Source: the human T2T-CHM13v2.0 reference genome, Homo sapiens. From it: a stretch of DNA of 64,000 nucleotides. Position numbers and translations under genes: made by a program. Each line of letters opens with the position of its first letter. The first letter of the stretch is position 1. Below the pieces are notes generated by a model, which was not told where the DNA came from, did no database searches, and saw only the letters and a list, made by a program, of their open reading frames with translations. Location of the stretch: NCBI RefSeq assembly GCF_009914755.1, contig NC_060933.1, one strand, 5' to 3'. Shown one piece after another: positions 1 through 13,180 of this stretch.

Positions 1-443
1 AGATCTGAGTTTCCCCATCACTACAATAGGGTTCATGTGGCATATTATAAATAAAGCCTGTATAGCAGTGTGTGACACACAAAAATAATAAATGTAACCT
101 TATGATGCTAAGTAAGCTTTTTGGGGTACTTATGAAATTAATCTCAATACAGAAATATTTATAAAATATTTCCTTCATTTAAAAATATGTACATGCAAAT
201 ACATTGATCTTAAATACCACATAAATGAGTTCAAGTAGTATCTTATGTGCTATTTCTGTTGCAGGTATTTCTATATTCTCAGAATCTTCATGTTTTCATG
301 ATTTATGTAGGGCTTAATGGTCATCTAACTGTAGCTTAGACAATATGGGAAAGGGGGAAAGAAAAAATACAGAACTTCGCAATTATGTAAAGTGCTTCTT
401 CAAACTGAAAGCTGCTGGAAATATAAGATTTTGCACTTCCTTC

Positions 444-1013
444 TGAGGCAGGAGAATAGGATCTGGAGGCAAAGAACTTAAGGCTGATTTTCACTGACTT
501 CCTAGAACTGAATCAAAAGGAAAACCTCAACTTTCCACGCCCAAGTAACAAAATGATCAGAGGCTACTCCCTTTGTACCTGCCCCCACCCTTTTCTGTGT
601 AGCAGATGAAAAATGGGAAATACCTTTGATTGGTCCCTCCCAGAACCAGTCAGACTGGTCATGGGCCTAGCCTACATTTGCATAGAGGTGTATTTTTGTT
701 ACTTCACCTCAGCCTCTGATTGGTCACCTTCCATGACCAATCAGATTGGTCTTGGGCCACTACTTCATTTACATAGGGTATAACCAAGTAACCAACGGGA
801 AACCTCTAGAGAGTATTTAAGCCCCAGAAAATTCTGTAACCAATGCTCTTCAGCCACTTGCTCAAGCGTGTTCCCACTCTGTGGCATGTACTCTGAAATC
901 TGTGTTTTCACTGCTTCACTTTTTCATTGCTTTGTTTGTGCATTTTTTCCAATTCTTTGTTCAAAATACCAAGAGCCTGGATGACTTGTAGTCAAGACCC
1001 TCCACTGGTGACA
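444..1013 (+). mobile_element. 5' LTR, MER51-like
   Basis: Starts TGAGGCAGGAGAATAGG and ends GGTGACA. CCAAT boxes at 629-633, 719-723, 737-741 and 745-749, octamer ATTTGCAT at 676-683, TATTTAA at 814-820. Confidence 0.9.
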
Positions 1014-1018
1014 TATTT

Positions 1019-1036
1019 TGGTGAGTGAGCCAGGAG
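1019..1036 (+). promoter_or_regulatory. Primer-binding site, tRNA-Arg(ACG)-like
   Basis: TGGTGAGTGAGCCAGGAG matches 15/18 to TGGCGAGCCAGCCAGGAG, the complement of the tRNA-Arg-ACG 3' end. It lies 5 nt after the LTR and is followed directly by donor GAG|GTAAGC at 1037. Confidence 0.75.
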
Positions 1037-2007
1037 GTAAGCCCAGAGTTTGGGATTTATTTTTCTTTTCTTTTTGTTTTCCCTTTTTCTCTCTGCTCCA
1101 TACAGGGGAACTCTTTTCTCTCTCTGTCTTTTTCTCTTTCCAACTTGGGACGCTCAGTGGACAGCACCTAAACATGGAGGCTACTGCAGGCTTTTGGCCA
1201 GGGCTACTCTGCAGTGAAACTGAAAGGTTTTCATGTGGAAGCACCTGACCATCATCATCAGGTTCAGGTGAGGGACCTGAGTCCTTTTCCTTTTTTCTTT
1301 TTTAATCTTTCAGCAGCTGTTTCCTAGTAGATCCTTAGTAATTGAGGGCAACCGGCTGGAGCCACTCTCTGGCATTACCTGAAGGCCACAAAGTGAATGA
1401 GGACAACTGCCCTGCATGGAAAGGGGAAGGACTCTTTTCTGTCTTTCCTGGTTATAGTCCCTGATCCCTACATGTGATGCAATTGGCAGTGGCAACTCGT
1501 CCAGGGTGAACTTGCATGTGTTCAGGCGAATTAAACCCTCTTTTCTTATGCTAAATTATCCTATAGAGTTAACCATAATGGCAGAAGATAATGTCTCTTA
1601 AGCGATTTGACCTCCCTTCTCCTACTCAATCTTTTCAATTGGCTAAGGACAAAAGAAACACACCCAGTTCCTATGACTAAAGCTCATGGCTGTCACTCTA
1701 GTGGAAGGGGAAGCATGGGAAAGCATGGCTTTATCAAATTATAAGGATGATATAAGTCAAGATCTTCATCCAGGGACAAAAGAAAAGCTCCTAGTAGGCC
1801 ATTGCCTCTCGAGGGAAAACATACAAAGTGGCACCAGTGCCCACCTAAGGTCAGAGATGTCTAACACACTAAGATTAGACACCAAACGGGGACACCCTAG
1901 GTGATCCAACTCCAGACCTTAACATCTCCAAAGGGGATGCCCTAGATGGAGGTTCTGAGGTCTAGTACTAAGCCTTCCTTAGAATTTTCTCTTTCTTGCA
2001 GATTACT

Positions 2008-2139
2008 ATGAGAAACATTGCATCTATTCCACCTCACTCCCCACTTGGCTGCATCCTCAACCACTGGAATCAATTTGACCCTGATAACCTAAGGAGGAAA
2101 CACTTGATATTCTTTTGAAATATTGTTTGGCCCCAATAT
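2008..2139 (+). pseudogene. gag: ERV gag matrix N-terminus remnant
   Basis: Manual translation MRNIASIPPHSPLGCILNHWNQFDPDNLRRKHLIFF*NIVWPQY shows the class I HERV matrix signature (SPLGCIL..W..FDP..L....LIFFC...WPQY). In-frame stop at 2116-2118. Confidence 0.85.
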
Positions 2140-3816
2140 TGTTTGGAATCTGGAGTTTGCTGTTGAATGGGAAAGTGGGAAGGAGTTGCATGTATACAGG
2201 CTTTTGTACTGCTTTTCTAATCAGGGTCTGGCCTGGTTAGCATGTGACACTCTCCTTTGGTGCTGTTTGGCCTGAATGTTCTTTGGAGTTTAAAAATCAA
2301 ACTGTCATGGAAACTGCTTTACCCAAAATTTTGGTTCACAGCCTTCATTGGGTTACCCACTGGGACAAGCAAATTGTAACCATGTAAAACCAGTGAGTTT
2401 GTCTTGCTATCTCATGGCTAGAGTTCCAAGGTAAAGGCTATTGGATCTTTGTTTGTGTGTGTATATATGACTAGATGTGTTTATTTGCATGTACACTTAT
2501 TGTTATACGTTGTGCCTACCAAATTGGCTTATAACTAAAAGAGCACTCAATAAGTAAATAAGTCTAAGCAATTTTCAAGTTCATGTGAATTAAGTATAAC
2601 TTTTTATTAAACAAGCTGGCTATAAAATTATTGGTAAAATTAAAAAAGAAATGTCTTTAGAATTGTCAGCATATATTTTTGTCTAGGTTTAATATTTGCC
2701 TTTGCTAGATACTGTGAGATGTCATTGTTTGGCATAGAAGGTTATAAAGCTATTAACCCAGCGAAAACAAAATCATCTTGGTTTGCGTGCCTTCTTTGAC
2801 AAATGAGACTAATTTAATGTTGTTAGCTGAGTCTTCTGAGTTATTGGCAAAAATACCTATGTATTTACTTTTGAGGCTTTTATTTAGGTGAGCATGTGAT
2901 GGTCACTGGCTATTTAAAAAAATTGTTAACAAGGAAATAAGAAACCTTAAATGATAGTGTTTCATATCTCAGTTTCCAAAAGTAATCTAGATAAACTGTT
3001 AAAATGAAAAAATGAGTACATGTAAATGGGATAAATGTTTAAAATAAATTTTTTTGTAATTTAAAATCTTAAAAATTACTTTTGATGCTCATTGGCTATC
3101 TAGGTCATTTCCCTTAAGAAAGCGTTATGATATGGGGAAATATGTTTCCAAAAATTGTGGAATTCTTCTCAACTAAAAAGTGCTCATATCTGATATTTCT
3201 GAGATTCTTGCTTTTTAGGGCTTCAGTAAAATTTAAGGTTACTAAGGATAAGAATTCTAGTTGACACATGGTTCTGTATTTGAAATGTGCCAAAAAAGAT
3301 GAGTGATTGGTGAGAAAGAAAATGATTTTGTGTAGTTCAGAGGTTACGTAAAAGTTAAGTCAAATTATGGACTTTAAAAGGGGGTTATTTATGAAACAAA
3401 GTAATAAGGAACCAGTAAATAGGGGAAACAGATATGAAGAAATATATATGAAGACGTGTTTTTGGTAGGTAAGGTTGTAGAGATGGTGGTTTTGTATGAG
3501 AAAGGATATTGTATGGTTAATACTTATTCTAAAATAAAATGACTGGTTGTTTAAAAAGAGGGATGTTTAGAACAAGTCAGAAAGTCCAAGCATGTTGGAT
3601 ATGGTCTGTGTAAGTCATGAAAAGGATTTGTGTCAAAATAATTAGAATGCACTTTTGGTAAAAAGCATAGGAATGTGGAATTCTTACCCAAGTTTAGAGG
3701 GTTAACCAATTTAAGTGAGATAGGAAAATCTAAAGGTTTGAACAAGTGGTGGAATGTTTCTCAAAAAGTAATTGTAAAAGAAATTCTGTGTGTGAACATG
3801 TTGGCTAAAGTTAAGA

Positions 3817-4678
3817 GAAGATGGGCAATTGAACTTTACCCATCAGTCAGCTTGCAGAGGATATAAGTTTTTGCTAGTACTAATAGACACTTTTACTGGT
3901 TAAGCTGAAGCTTACCCTATCAGAACAAAGGCAGCTAATGAAGTTATAATGGTTATCTTAAAGAAAATAATTCCCTGGTTTAGGTTACCCCCAAAGCCTC
4001 CAAAGTGATAACAGCCTTTTCTTTGTCTCCCAAATAACTCAAGGGGTTGCTGAGGTTCTCAGAATCAAATACTATTTACATTGAGCATGGAGGCCTCAAT
4101 CCTCTGCAAAAGTGGAAAGAGCTAATCAAACTCTAAAACAGGCATTAGCAAAGCTATGTCAGGAAACTTGAGTGAACTTGATGCCCATGGCCCTCTTAAG
4201 AATCCATAATTCCCCCAGAGCAAAAATTAATATTAGCTCATATGAAATCTTACACAAAATGCCACTTTAAACTAGTGATCTAATTACTGATGCAGAAACA
4301 GACACTCTAATAAAATATCTAGCTAACCTGGAACAATTTTAGCACACTTTTCAAAATTTTGTAACTCAAAGGCTCAACACACTGGGAATGAACCAGCAAC
4401 CCCAAATCAGGCCAGGAGATAAGGTACTTGTTAAAACATGGAAGGAGGGATCAACTGCTCAACAATTACAACCGAGATGGAAGGGACCATTTTCAGTGGT
4501 GCTGGTCATGCCTTCTAAAGTCAAAATACTAAGGTTAGATAGTTGGACACATCTTTCCAGGGTCAAGCCTGTGATACCTGAAGCCTGAGACCTGGAATCT
4601 GAAGCACCCATCCGTCACAACACATGTGAACCTGTGGAAGACCTTAAGCAGCTGTTCAAAAGACAGCCCAAAGATAAG
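3817..4678 (+). pseudogene. pol: ERV pol integrase remnant (catalytic core plus GPY/F module)
   Basis: Translates through stops and frameshifts as EDGQLNFTH...YKFLLVLIDTFTG*AEAYP...LQSDN...WRPQSSAKVERANQTLK. ORF 4388-4588 gives RPGDKVLVKTW...LQPRWKGPF...SWTHLSRVK. Confidence 0.92.
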
Positions 4679-4925
4679 TTAATGCCTACCAACTTTCCTT
4701 GGTGTCTTTGTTTCATGGTTACTGTAACCTGGATAATAGTAGCCATTTTTAAAGTTTTACAACTTAATTGCTTTATTCTAAATGGATGGAACCACTTCCT
4801 TTGTAACAATTAAGGAAAGTGTTTTATTTCGTTTTTATAGCAAGCATTCCTGACAGCACAGGTATCCACCCATGAAGTTTCCATTCTATGGAACAAAATA
4901 ACAGGTAACTATTTTTGGTCTCATA

Positions 4926-5760
4926 ATGGTTAGCCACAGCCTGTGTATACCGGGACCATGCATACTGGGAATCAGCTTAATTTTACAACAGAGTTTCACT
5001 TTTCCCCTCCAGCAATTAATGGATTCTGGGTATTTATTAAGATCTTTAAATTTAACACAAAGACTGCTAAGTACCACCAGTCCAGCTTGGGCAAAGGACT
5101 GTCAGCTTTGTTTATCTCCATTATCATCCAAATATACTGCCATCCCAATCCCCGCTCTATTTTGGGCCCTTGAAAAAAATGCCCTACAATGACAGGACAA
5201 GCAGTAAAACTTTTCCACTCCTATCAGATAAACGTTTCTGGAATTGCATCCACACCGAAAACCATTTGGGACCCAGTATTAATGTAAACAGAGCTAAAAT
5301 TCCAAGTACCATTTTGTATCAAGAGAAGCTGACATTTTGGTCAGGCCCTTGGAACCTTGAAAAGTCATCAATGTAACTATGCCCTAGAGATTAACCCCCT
5401 ACATGATCATGTAAGCTATGAAGTTACCCAAAATGCATCATATAAAAAACCTGTATGGTTTTCATGGAAACTATCCCTAGTTAAGGGCACTTTAAAGGAT
5501 ATACAGTCTAAGTACTGTCAAGGTAAGCCCACTAGCTGGGTTCACATTTTCCCTTGGGAAGACTGTACTAATCCTGAGACATCTAGTTGCCCTTTGATTC
5601 CCTGGTACAAAAATACCTCTGGGTAGTTGTATTCATTTCCTCTTGCCTAGAGACCATCAAGCTCCAGATGATCATGTGACAAGGTTTCCAGCCAGGTCCA
5701 GGTGAAGGCACAACTGCTGGCCATCAAGAAGCTACCCTGACTCCACTAGACAGAGCATGA
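4926..5760 (+). pseudogene. env: ERV env remnant: SU N-terminus joined to cytoplasmic tail, TM ectodomain deleted
   Basis: ORF 4926-5192 contains LNLTQRLL...DCQLCLS...YTAIP, resembling HERV-H/F SU with a CxxC motif. About 5633-5690 reads FISSCLETIKLQM, a typical gamma-type env tail. No fusion peptide, ISD or CX6CC lies between them. Confidence 0.75.
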
Positions 5761-5880
5761 TGAGAGTCCCTTGATCCCCAATAGGTAGGGAGTGTGCCAC
5801 AAGTCAGCATGAAGCAGTTACAGAAGAAAGACCATCTGTCCCTCTGCCTCCCATAAAGATCAAAGGGTATCACGTTCCTC

Positions 5881-5892
5881 GAGGGGGGGAAA
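5881..5892 (+). promoter_or_regulatory. Polypurine tract
   Basis: GAGGGGGGGAAA immediately before the TG of the 3' LTR. Confidence 0.85.
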
Positions 5893-6426
5893 TGAGGCAG
5901 GAGAATAAGGTCTGGAGGCAGGGAACATAAGGCTGATTTGTGCTGACTTCCTAGAAATGAATCAAAAGGAAAACTCCAACTTTCCACGCCCAAGTAACAA
6001 AAGGATCCACTCACACCTTTCTGTGTAGCAGATGAAAAATGGAAAGTGCCTCTGATTGGTCCCTTCCTGCAACCAATCAGACATTTGCATAGGGTGTAAC
6101 TTTGTAACTTCACTTCAGCCTCTGATTTGTCGCCTTCCACAACCAATGAGACTGGTCACAGGTCACTATTTATTTACATCAGGTGTAACCAAGTAACCAA
6201 TGGGAAACCTCTAGAGAGTATTTAAGCCACAGAAAATAAAGTAACCAGCGTTCTTGTGTCACTTGCTGGAGCCTTCCCCCACTCTGTGGAGTGTACATTC
6301 ATTTCAATAAATCTGTGCTTTCCTTGCTTCATTCTTTCGTTGCTTTGTTTGTGCATTTTGTCCAATTCTCTGTTGAAAATGCCAACAACCTGGAAAACTT
6401 GTAGTCAAGACAATCCACCCGTAACA
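5893..6426 (+). mobile_element. 3' LTR, MER51-like
   Basis: Homologous to 444-1013. Octamer at 6083-6090, AATAAA at 6306-6311, ends GTAACA. Confidence 0.9.
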
Positions 6427-6551
6427 CTTGCTAGTTCAGATCTTCTCAGAATGATAAGAACCACCATTAGCCTAATGCCCTACACATAGAATTTCAACAA
6501 ACATGTATTGATTGAATTTATTGTGGTAAATTATCTAGCAACATGTAATCC

Positions 6552-6688
6552 TTTTTTTTTTACTGTTTTTTTAAGAGATGAGGTCTCACTTTGTTGCCCA
6601 GGCTGAAGTCAAACTCCTGGGCTCAGGTAATCCTCCTGCCTTAGCTTCCCTAACAGTTGGGACTACAGGCACACACCATCATGCCTGA
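6552..6688 (-). mobile_element. Alu monomer (FLAM-like)
   Basis: T-tail followed by gagatgaggtctcactttgttgcccaggctg...gggactacaggc; single arm only. Confidence 0.8.
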
Positions 6689-7125
6689 TGTAAGTATTTA
6701 TTATTTAACAAATTGACTATGTCAGTAGCCTCCTACCTGGGGTTTTCTGTCTCTAACTTTTCATCACTCCCAGTCTATCAATAATGACACAGTCAAATTC
6801 ACTTTCTCAAAACACTGATAAGTACTCAATAAGCATCTTCTATATCTTCTATTAATAAAGACACAATACTGGTCACTTTTTCTATAAAAGCATGTTTAGG
6901 CATAATAAGAATAAATTTTTCCGCATTCATGCTAGAATTAAAAGCAAAGTGGTGGTGGGACAGGGAGGGATTGGGATGCTATACTACTTTATTTCTCATA
7001 TTATTTTTTTACTGGTCCATATAATAATCAACTGATTTCTAAACATAATGTGGGTTAATCATTATCACTAAACACCTTGTTCTTATATATTCTCCTCAGT
7101 ATATTAAAGAACCTTGAACATTAGT

Positions 7126-7258
7126 TCATTTGGTCCTAAAAAGAATTATTAGAAATGTGGACACTCAGGGCAAAATAACTTAAGTGACTTGCCTAGTGTC
7201 ACACAGGAACTTGGTATTATGGTCAGGACTGAAGAATCCTTTCCTGACCCCTAGTCCA
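7126..7258 (-). mobile_element. MIR fragment
   Basis: Core ttaagtgacttgcctagtgtcacacag. Confidence 0.55.
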
Positions 7259-8948
7259 TCATTTTTTTTAAAATGCAAAATTTCAAAGAAATAGTATCCT
7301 CTTTAGTAGCTCACATAACTGACACATTTATTTATTGGCAACAATAGTGAAACATTTGTCAGAAATAGCTCCACATTAACTTCTACTTGCTAAAGAACAC
7401 GCTAAGAAACTTTCCAATCCATCACTGTCAATCATGCTACCATTGCAACATAAATAGGTGTTTTTGTTGTTCTCAACAAAAGACAGAATTTTTTAGAGGT
7501 CACGTGTATCAAGATCACACAAAAGCTCAATTTGGTCACGCTATACAATGAGATTTATTTAATGTCCCATCTGCTAAATGTGTATGGTATGAAAAGACCT
7601 CCCTCCTTCCCTCACTAAAGACACAGACATCTAAAGGGGAAGATTTGTTGCCATTATAAGTAATAATATAAGGCTCTATACTTAATAGCTTTAATCTCTA
7701 TAGTTTTCCATGCAGGACATAAAATAGGAATGATGAGTTTATTGTTTTCCTTGATAACAATATGGTTTGAGTCAACCTCTAATAATCTAAGAACTAACAA
7801 TTCTGGCTTACTTATTTCATTAATCTGTCCAAGTCTGTAAAACCAAATAAAGCTACATAAAATCCTTTGTGTTCCAACTAATATTCTTATTTGATATCAA
7901 TTTATCAGTAATAATAAAGGGTATATTCACAGGAGACAGTCAAATAAATATGTCTGATAAAAGTTATAACTGGAGCTGTCCTTGTCAATAATCTCTCACA
8001 CATTATAATTACTTGCTACTTAAAACTTTCAAAATAAACATTTTTTTATTCAAAGAAATGCTTCCAATTGTCTAAAATTTGAAAAATATACATTTTTTTC
8101 ACAACTTTGAAATAACCATGTGATTTTTTTTATATTTTGTTGGTTGTATTTTATGTGTTTATATGAAACCACATATATAATAGCCAGTGACTAACAAAAT
8201 TAGCTAGATGAAAGGAGAGATGGATGAGTGGATAGAAAGACCAATCGATGAACTGACAGACACATTTTTTCACTGAAGATTGTATCATGAGAATTTCCAA
8301 TGCCATTAAACATTCTTAGAAAGTTACATCTGATGTTTGTATAATAATCCATTATTCATAGTAATTTAGCCATTCTCTTATTGTATGTTTTACAAAGGTA
8401 CTCAATCTATAAAATATGGTTTATAACACTGAGGAATATCCCTATTAATATAGTTTTCCTTAATATAAATATATATGAATTCATATATATATCCTTGAAC
8501 TTACAATGTAAAGGTATAAATCTTTAAGAGATTTTGATTTATAGCTATATTATCTTCCAGAAATGGTAAATTAATAGCATCCACTCACTTTTCCAATCAT
8601 GATATAGAGTTTAACCATAGCCTCATCAACAGAGTTTTTTTTTATTCTAATCTGTCTGTGTTTGATAGATTCTAATTTTTTTTATTGTTTTAGTTTGAAC
8701 TTTTAAAACTATACATGAAAGCAAATATATTTATAAGCATATTGTTCTATTGGATTTGCTTATATTGTCTGCTTTTGGTAAGAACTCTTCATAGCTACTG
8801 TATATGTACATAGACATAATTTTCATGTATTAATTGTTTCAGTTACTAATTTATTCCCTTTCTGCACAAGAAGAGGTAAACCTCATACTCTTTCCCAACA
8901 TGGGGAAATAAAAGCTTCCTCTCCACTGTAAAAAAATAGAGATTGTCA

Positions 8949-9643
<695 letters not shown>

Positions 9644-10049
9644 AGACATCTAACTTTTAAAAGTCCCTAGGATGACCCAACATGGCCAGCTCACTACTGA
9701 AACAAATCTCTCCCAATTATCACAGTTTGAGATGCCTCTCACTTCCCATCCACTCCTTTCCCCATTCTGGCTGACACTTTCTTTCACTAGGAATCATCAC
9801 TTGTCCCAATTTCAAGTAAAATGTCTAAATCCATTTTTAATCCAAAATGGAAATTTGGGTAGACAGGCAGGCATGGCTTGAATTTTACCATCATTAACAA
9901 TTTTCAACTTCTTTCTGATGGGATTTTTCCCTTTAGCTTATTTGCCCGAATTTCCCTAATCTCATAAACTTAAAAAGAAATTTCTTTCTTGGAATCTCTC
10001 TCTAGCTGCTACCCTCTCTATCTTCTTAACAAATCTACTTTTAAAAATT

Positions 10050-10610
10050 TAGTTTAGAAATGTTATCTATACCTCTTGATCTCCCATGCATTCCCTCTGT
10101 ATCTATCACTCCTCAGAAATTATTTTCTCCAAGGTAACATTTTGTTTTGTAAAATCAAATTGATATCTAATATTTTTATTACCTGACTCTCATGAGCATT
10201 TTGGATGTTTGCCTATACTTTTCCTCTTAAAATATTTCTTCATCATTGACTCCTGTAGCACTTCTCTCTGCTAATTTTCCTCCTTTCTGGATGGTTCTTC
10301 TCAGTTATATCTATGATCACCTAATCTTCCACTTATTAAATATTGCTGTTTCCCAGGTGTCAGTCAACAGGCTGTTTGCCTTATCACCCTGCATAGTCTT
10401 ACATACTAATGCATAATATAGTCCATAACCACGGCTTCAAATGTTGTTCAGTTTCAAATTCTCATCTCCATTCCATAAATACAACTGCTCATTTGATACC
10501 CATGTCATCTCACCTGTCTTAAAATCATTTCAAACTCAAATGTACTGTACTGCATGTCATTTGTAGGAACTCAAAGTTTATTCTGTGAATAAATGAATAA
10601 ATGAATGATA
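10050..10610 (+). mobile_element. L2 remnant
   Basis: Degenerate pyrimidine-rich L2 body ending gtaggaactcaa...tgaataaatgaataaatgaatga. Confidence 0.55.
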
Positions 10611-11439
10611 TAGTTATATACAGAGAGAGGTATCTATCCTACAATTCCAATTATTGTATCTCACTAAAATCATCTCTCATTGTCTAGTCCAAGAAAACAC
10701 ATACTAAGCCCAGCCCCCCAAAAAATACATGCCAAACCCAAAGATGCAGTACTGTAGTACCTCAATTTCTACTGTCTGAATCTTGTCCTGAGTATTGTTT
10801 TATATCATTCCCCTTCACTTGATGTTTTCAGAAGGGTACTGATGACACTGTAGTCTGAGACTTCCGGACAGTATACCACCACTTAACCATGACTTTAAGT
10901 AGGGACTTTTCCCCTTTGGAACTTTAGGTTCATCATCAGTAATTTGCAGGATAGGTTAACTAAGCTCTAATTATTATTCACGTTTTTACATTTTATAAAT
11001 CTTCATTATTTAACAGTTCACAAGGCACTATCATACACATCTCCCTGCCTGGGTAATAAAACATCATTTATCACATATATCTTGCTTTAAAGTAAACTAA
11101 ATCAAAGGTTCAAATAAGGTGTGTGTATAGGGGAGGAGAATGATTTGTAAGTAAAATCACATTACTACTGCTCTAGGTAAACTTCAGCCACAGGGTCCAA
11201 AGAGACAAAATATTTCTTGGAGTAACTTCATGACAAGTGTCAGGTATCTTTTACCCTCCTAAACAAGTGTTGTTTCTTTTGAATTTGTTCTACAACATAA
11301 TAAAAGACTTAAGGGCATGGGCTCAAATTTGGCCTGCAATTAGCCTGAGGATCTTTTCGGAGTGAAGGCTGAGGTTATAAATTTTCACCAATCTCCCTCT
11401 AATAGTGGGATGAGATACTGCTGGTTTGAAAATGGCATT

Positions 11440-11680
11440 TTTAGTGGTAAGGCTCTAGAACCAAATGGCAGGCTCCCTTCCTGTGTTCTCAACATATTAG
11501 TTATATGATATGAGGCAAGGTATTGAAACTATCTGCATCTCAATTTTCTGATCTGTAAAATGGAGAAAATAATAATATAGGACTAATAGGACTGTTATGA
11601 AGATAAAATTATATTATCATGTAAAGTGCTTCAATCAGTACCTAGGAAATAATACATTCTTGGTAAATGTAATATTATTT
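11440..11680 (+). mobile_element. MIR
   Basis: ctcaattttctgatctgtaaaatggagaaaataata...catgtaaagtgctt. Confidence 0.75.
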
Positions 11681-12510
11681 AGCACTGGGTGAAGTTTCTC
11701 TTTTTTTATTAATCTAGTAGCTCTACTTCTATAGTTTGCTTATCAAAGCCAATTACGGATTATACTATGCTGCTTTGCAAACACAGTCTTGTTCTGCTGC
11801 AGTCTCAATCAAACAGTACTATATGAAAATAAAACTCTTCCAAAACTGGAACCTATATATAATAATAGCAATGTGGTAATAGGTTTAATGTACAATTAAC
11901 ACAGTCAATATGATAAATCTGCCTAAATTACACAATTACTTTGCTCGAAAACTTTTAAAAGTTCCCTTCTTTTTCACTGGAAAAATCCCAGACCACCGGC
12001 CAGAAACTTAGACCCAAAAGTACATTCCTGACCTTGCCTCTGACATTGCCCTTTACTCACTATACAATATAGTTAAACAGAACCACTTGCAGGTTCACAC
12101 ACTCATCCCATGTTTTCCTATATAGTTATTGACTAAAGAGTATATATTTTATGTTCTTATCTAACATTTTTACTTTACTTTTCTATATTTGACATGTATT
12201 TATTTATCAAATACTGTGTATGAGGTAGTCATTCCAATACTCTACTTAATCATGAAACCCAGGTAAGTACATAGCACATTAGTAGTAGCCATCAGTCATT
12301 TGTATGATGCTTTAAAATTTAAAAACTTTCTCAGGTATGGTACGTAGCCCTATGAGGCAGGCATCATTACCTCCATTTTGCATAGGAACAGTGTAGGCCT
12401 CAGTGTGGATAAATAATTCAGTATCATACGAACTTTGCAATAGCACAACTAATGCGTCATATAATTCTCTTTGATATTGCTTAGATAATCCAAAATAACT
12501 AGACAAGTTC

Positions 12511-13083
12511 TGTGGTAGACAGCTTGTAAAATGGCAACCATGATCTCCACCTGCTGTTATTAATACCCTTGAATAATCCCCTCCAGAGTATGGAAAGGAC
12601 ATGGTGACTTGCTAATAACAAATAGAGTATGGCAAAATAATGCATATTACTTCCGGGATTAAGTTACTAAATACTGTGATTTCTGACTTGCTTGCACACT
12701 CTTTTGCTCACTCATTCAATTTAACAAAGCCAGCTGCTATTATGTGAGCAGCCTTTATGGAGACGCTTATAAGGCAAGAAACTGAGCGTAGCCTCCAGCC
12801 AACATCAAGAAAGAGACTTGGATCCTCAGCTCAACAACCCATGAAGAACTGAATCCATCCAACAACCAGTGCGCTTGGAAGCAGATCATTCCCTAGACAA
12901 GCCTTGAGATGTCTGAAGCCCTAGCCTAATACCTTGATTACAGCTTTGTGATAAAACTGCAGCTAAATGACCCAGATATGGCATGCCCAGGTTCCTGGCC
13001 TATGGAAACTCTGGGATAGTAAGCATAATTATTGCAAACCACTTAGTTTTGTGGTAATTTGTAATGTAGCAATAAATAATACA
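12511..13083 (+). mobile_element. MaLR solo LTR (MLT1E/F-like)
   Basis: Starts TGTGGTAGACAG and ends ttttgtggtaatttgtaatgtagcaataaataatACA. Confidence 0.8.
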
Positions 13084-13180
13084 AGATATAAATATTAATA
13101 TATTTTTTCTGGTTACAGACAATGCTATATGAGACTATTTTCCACTTTGTTAACACTTAAGACAATTAGAAAATTGAAAT

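Larger units (their letters stand above)
444..6426 (+). mobile_element. Non-autonomous ERV1 provirus with MER51-type LTRs (MER4-group-like internal region)
   Basis: Two homologous TG...CA LTRs (444-1013, 5893-6426). Imperfect 4-bp TSD CTTC (440-443) / CTTG (6427-6430). PBS, PPT and gag/IN/env remnants occur in proviral order. Confidence 0.92.

Noticed and set aside
5724-6146. 140-aa minus-strand ORF
   Set aside because: Antisense of the ERV env tail and 3' LTR, non-ATG start, no recognisable domain.
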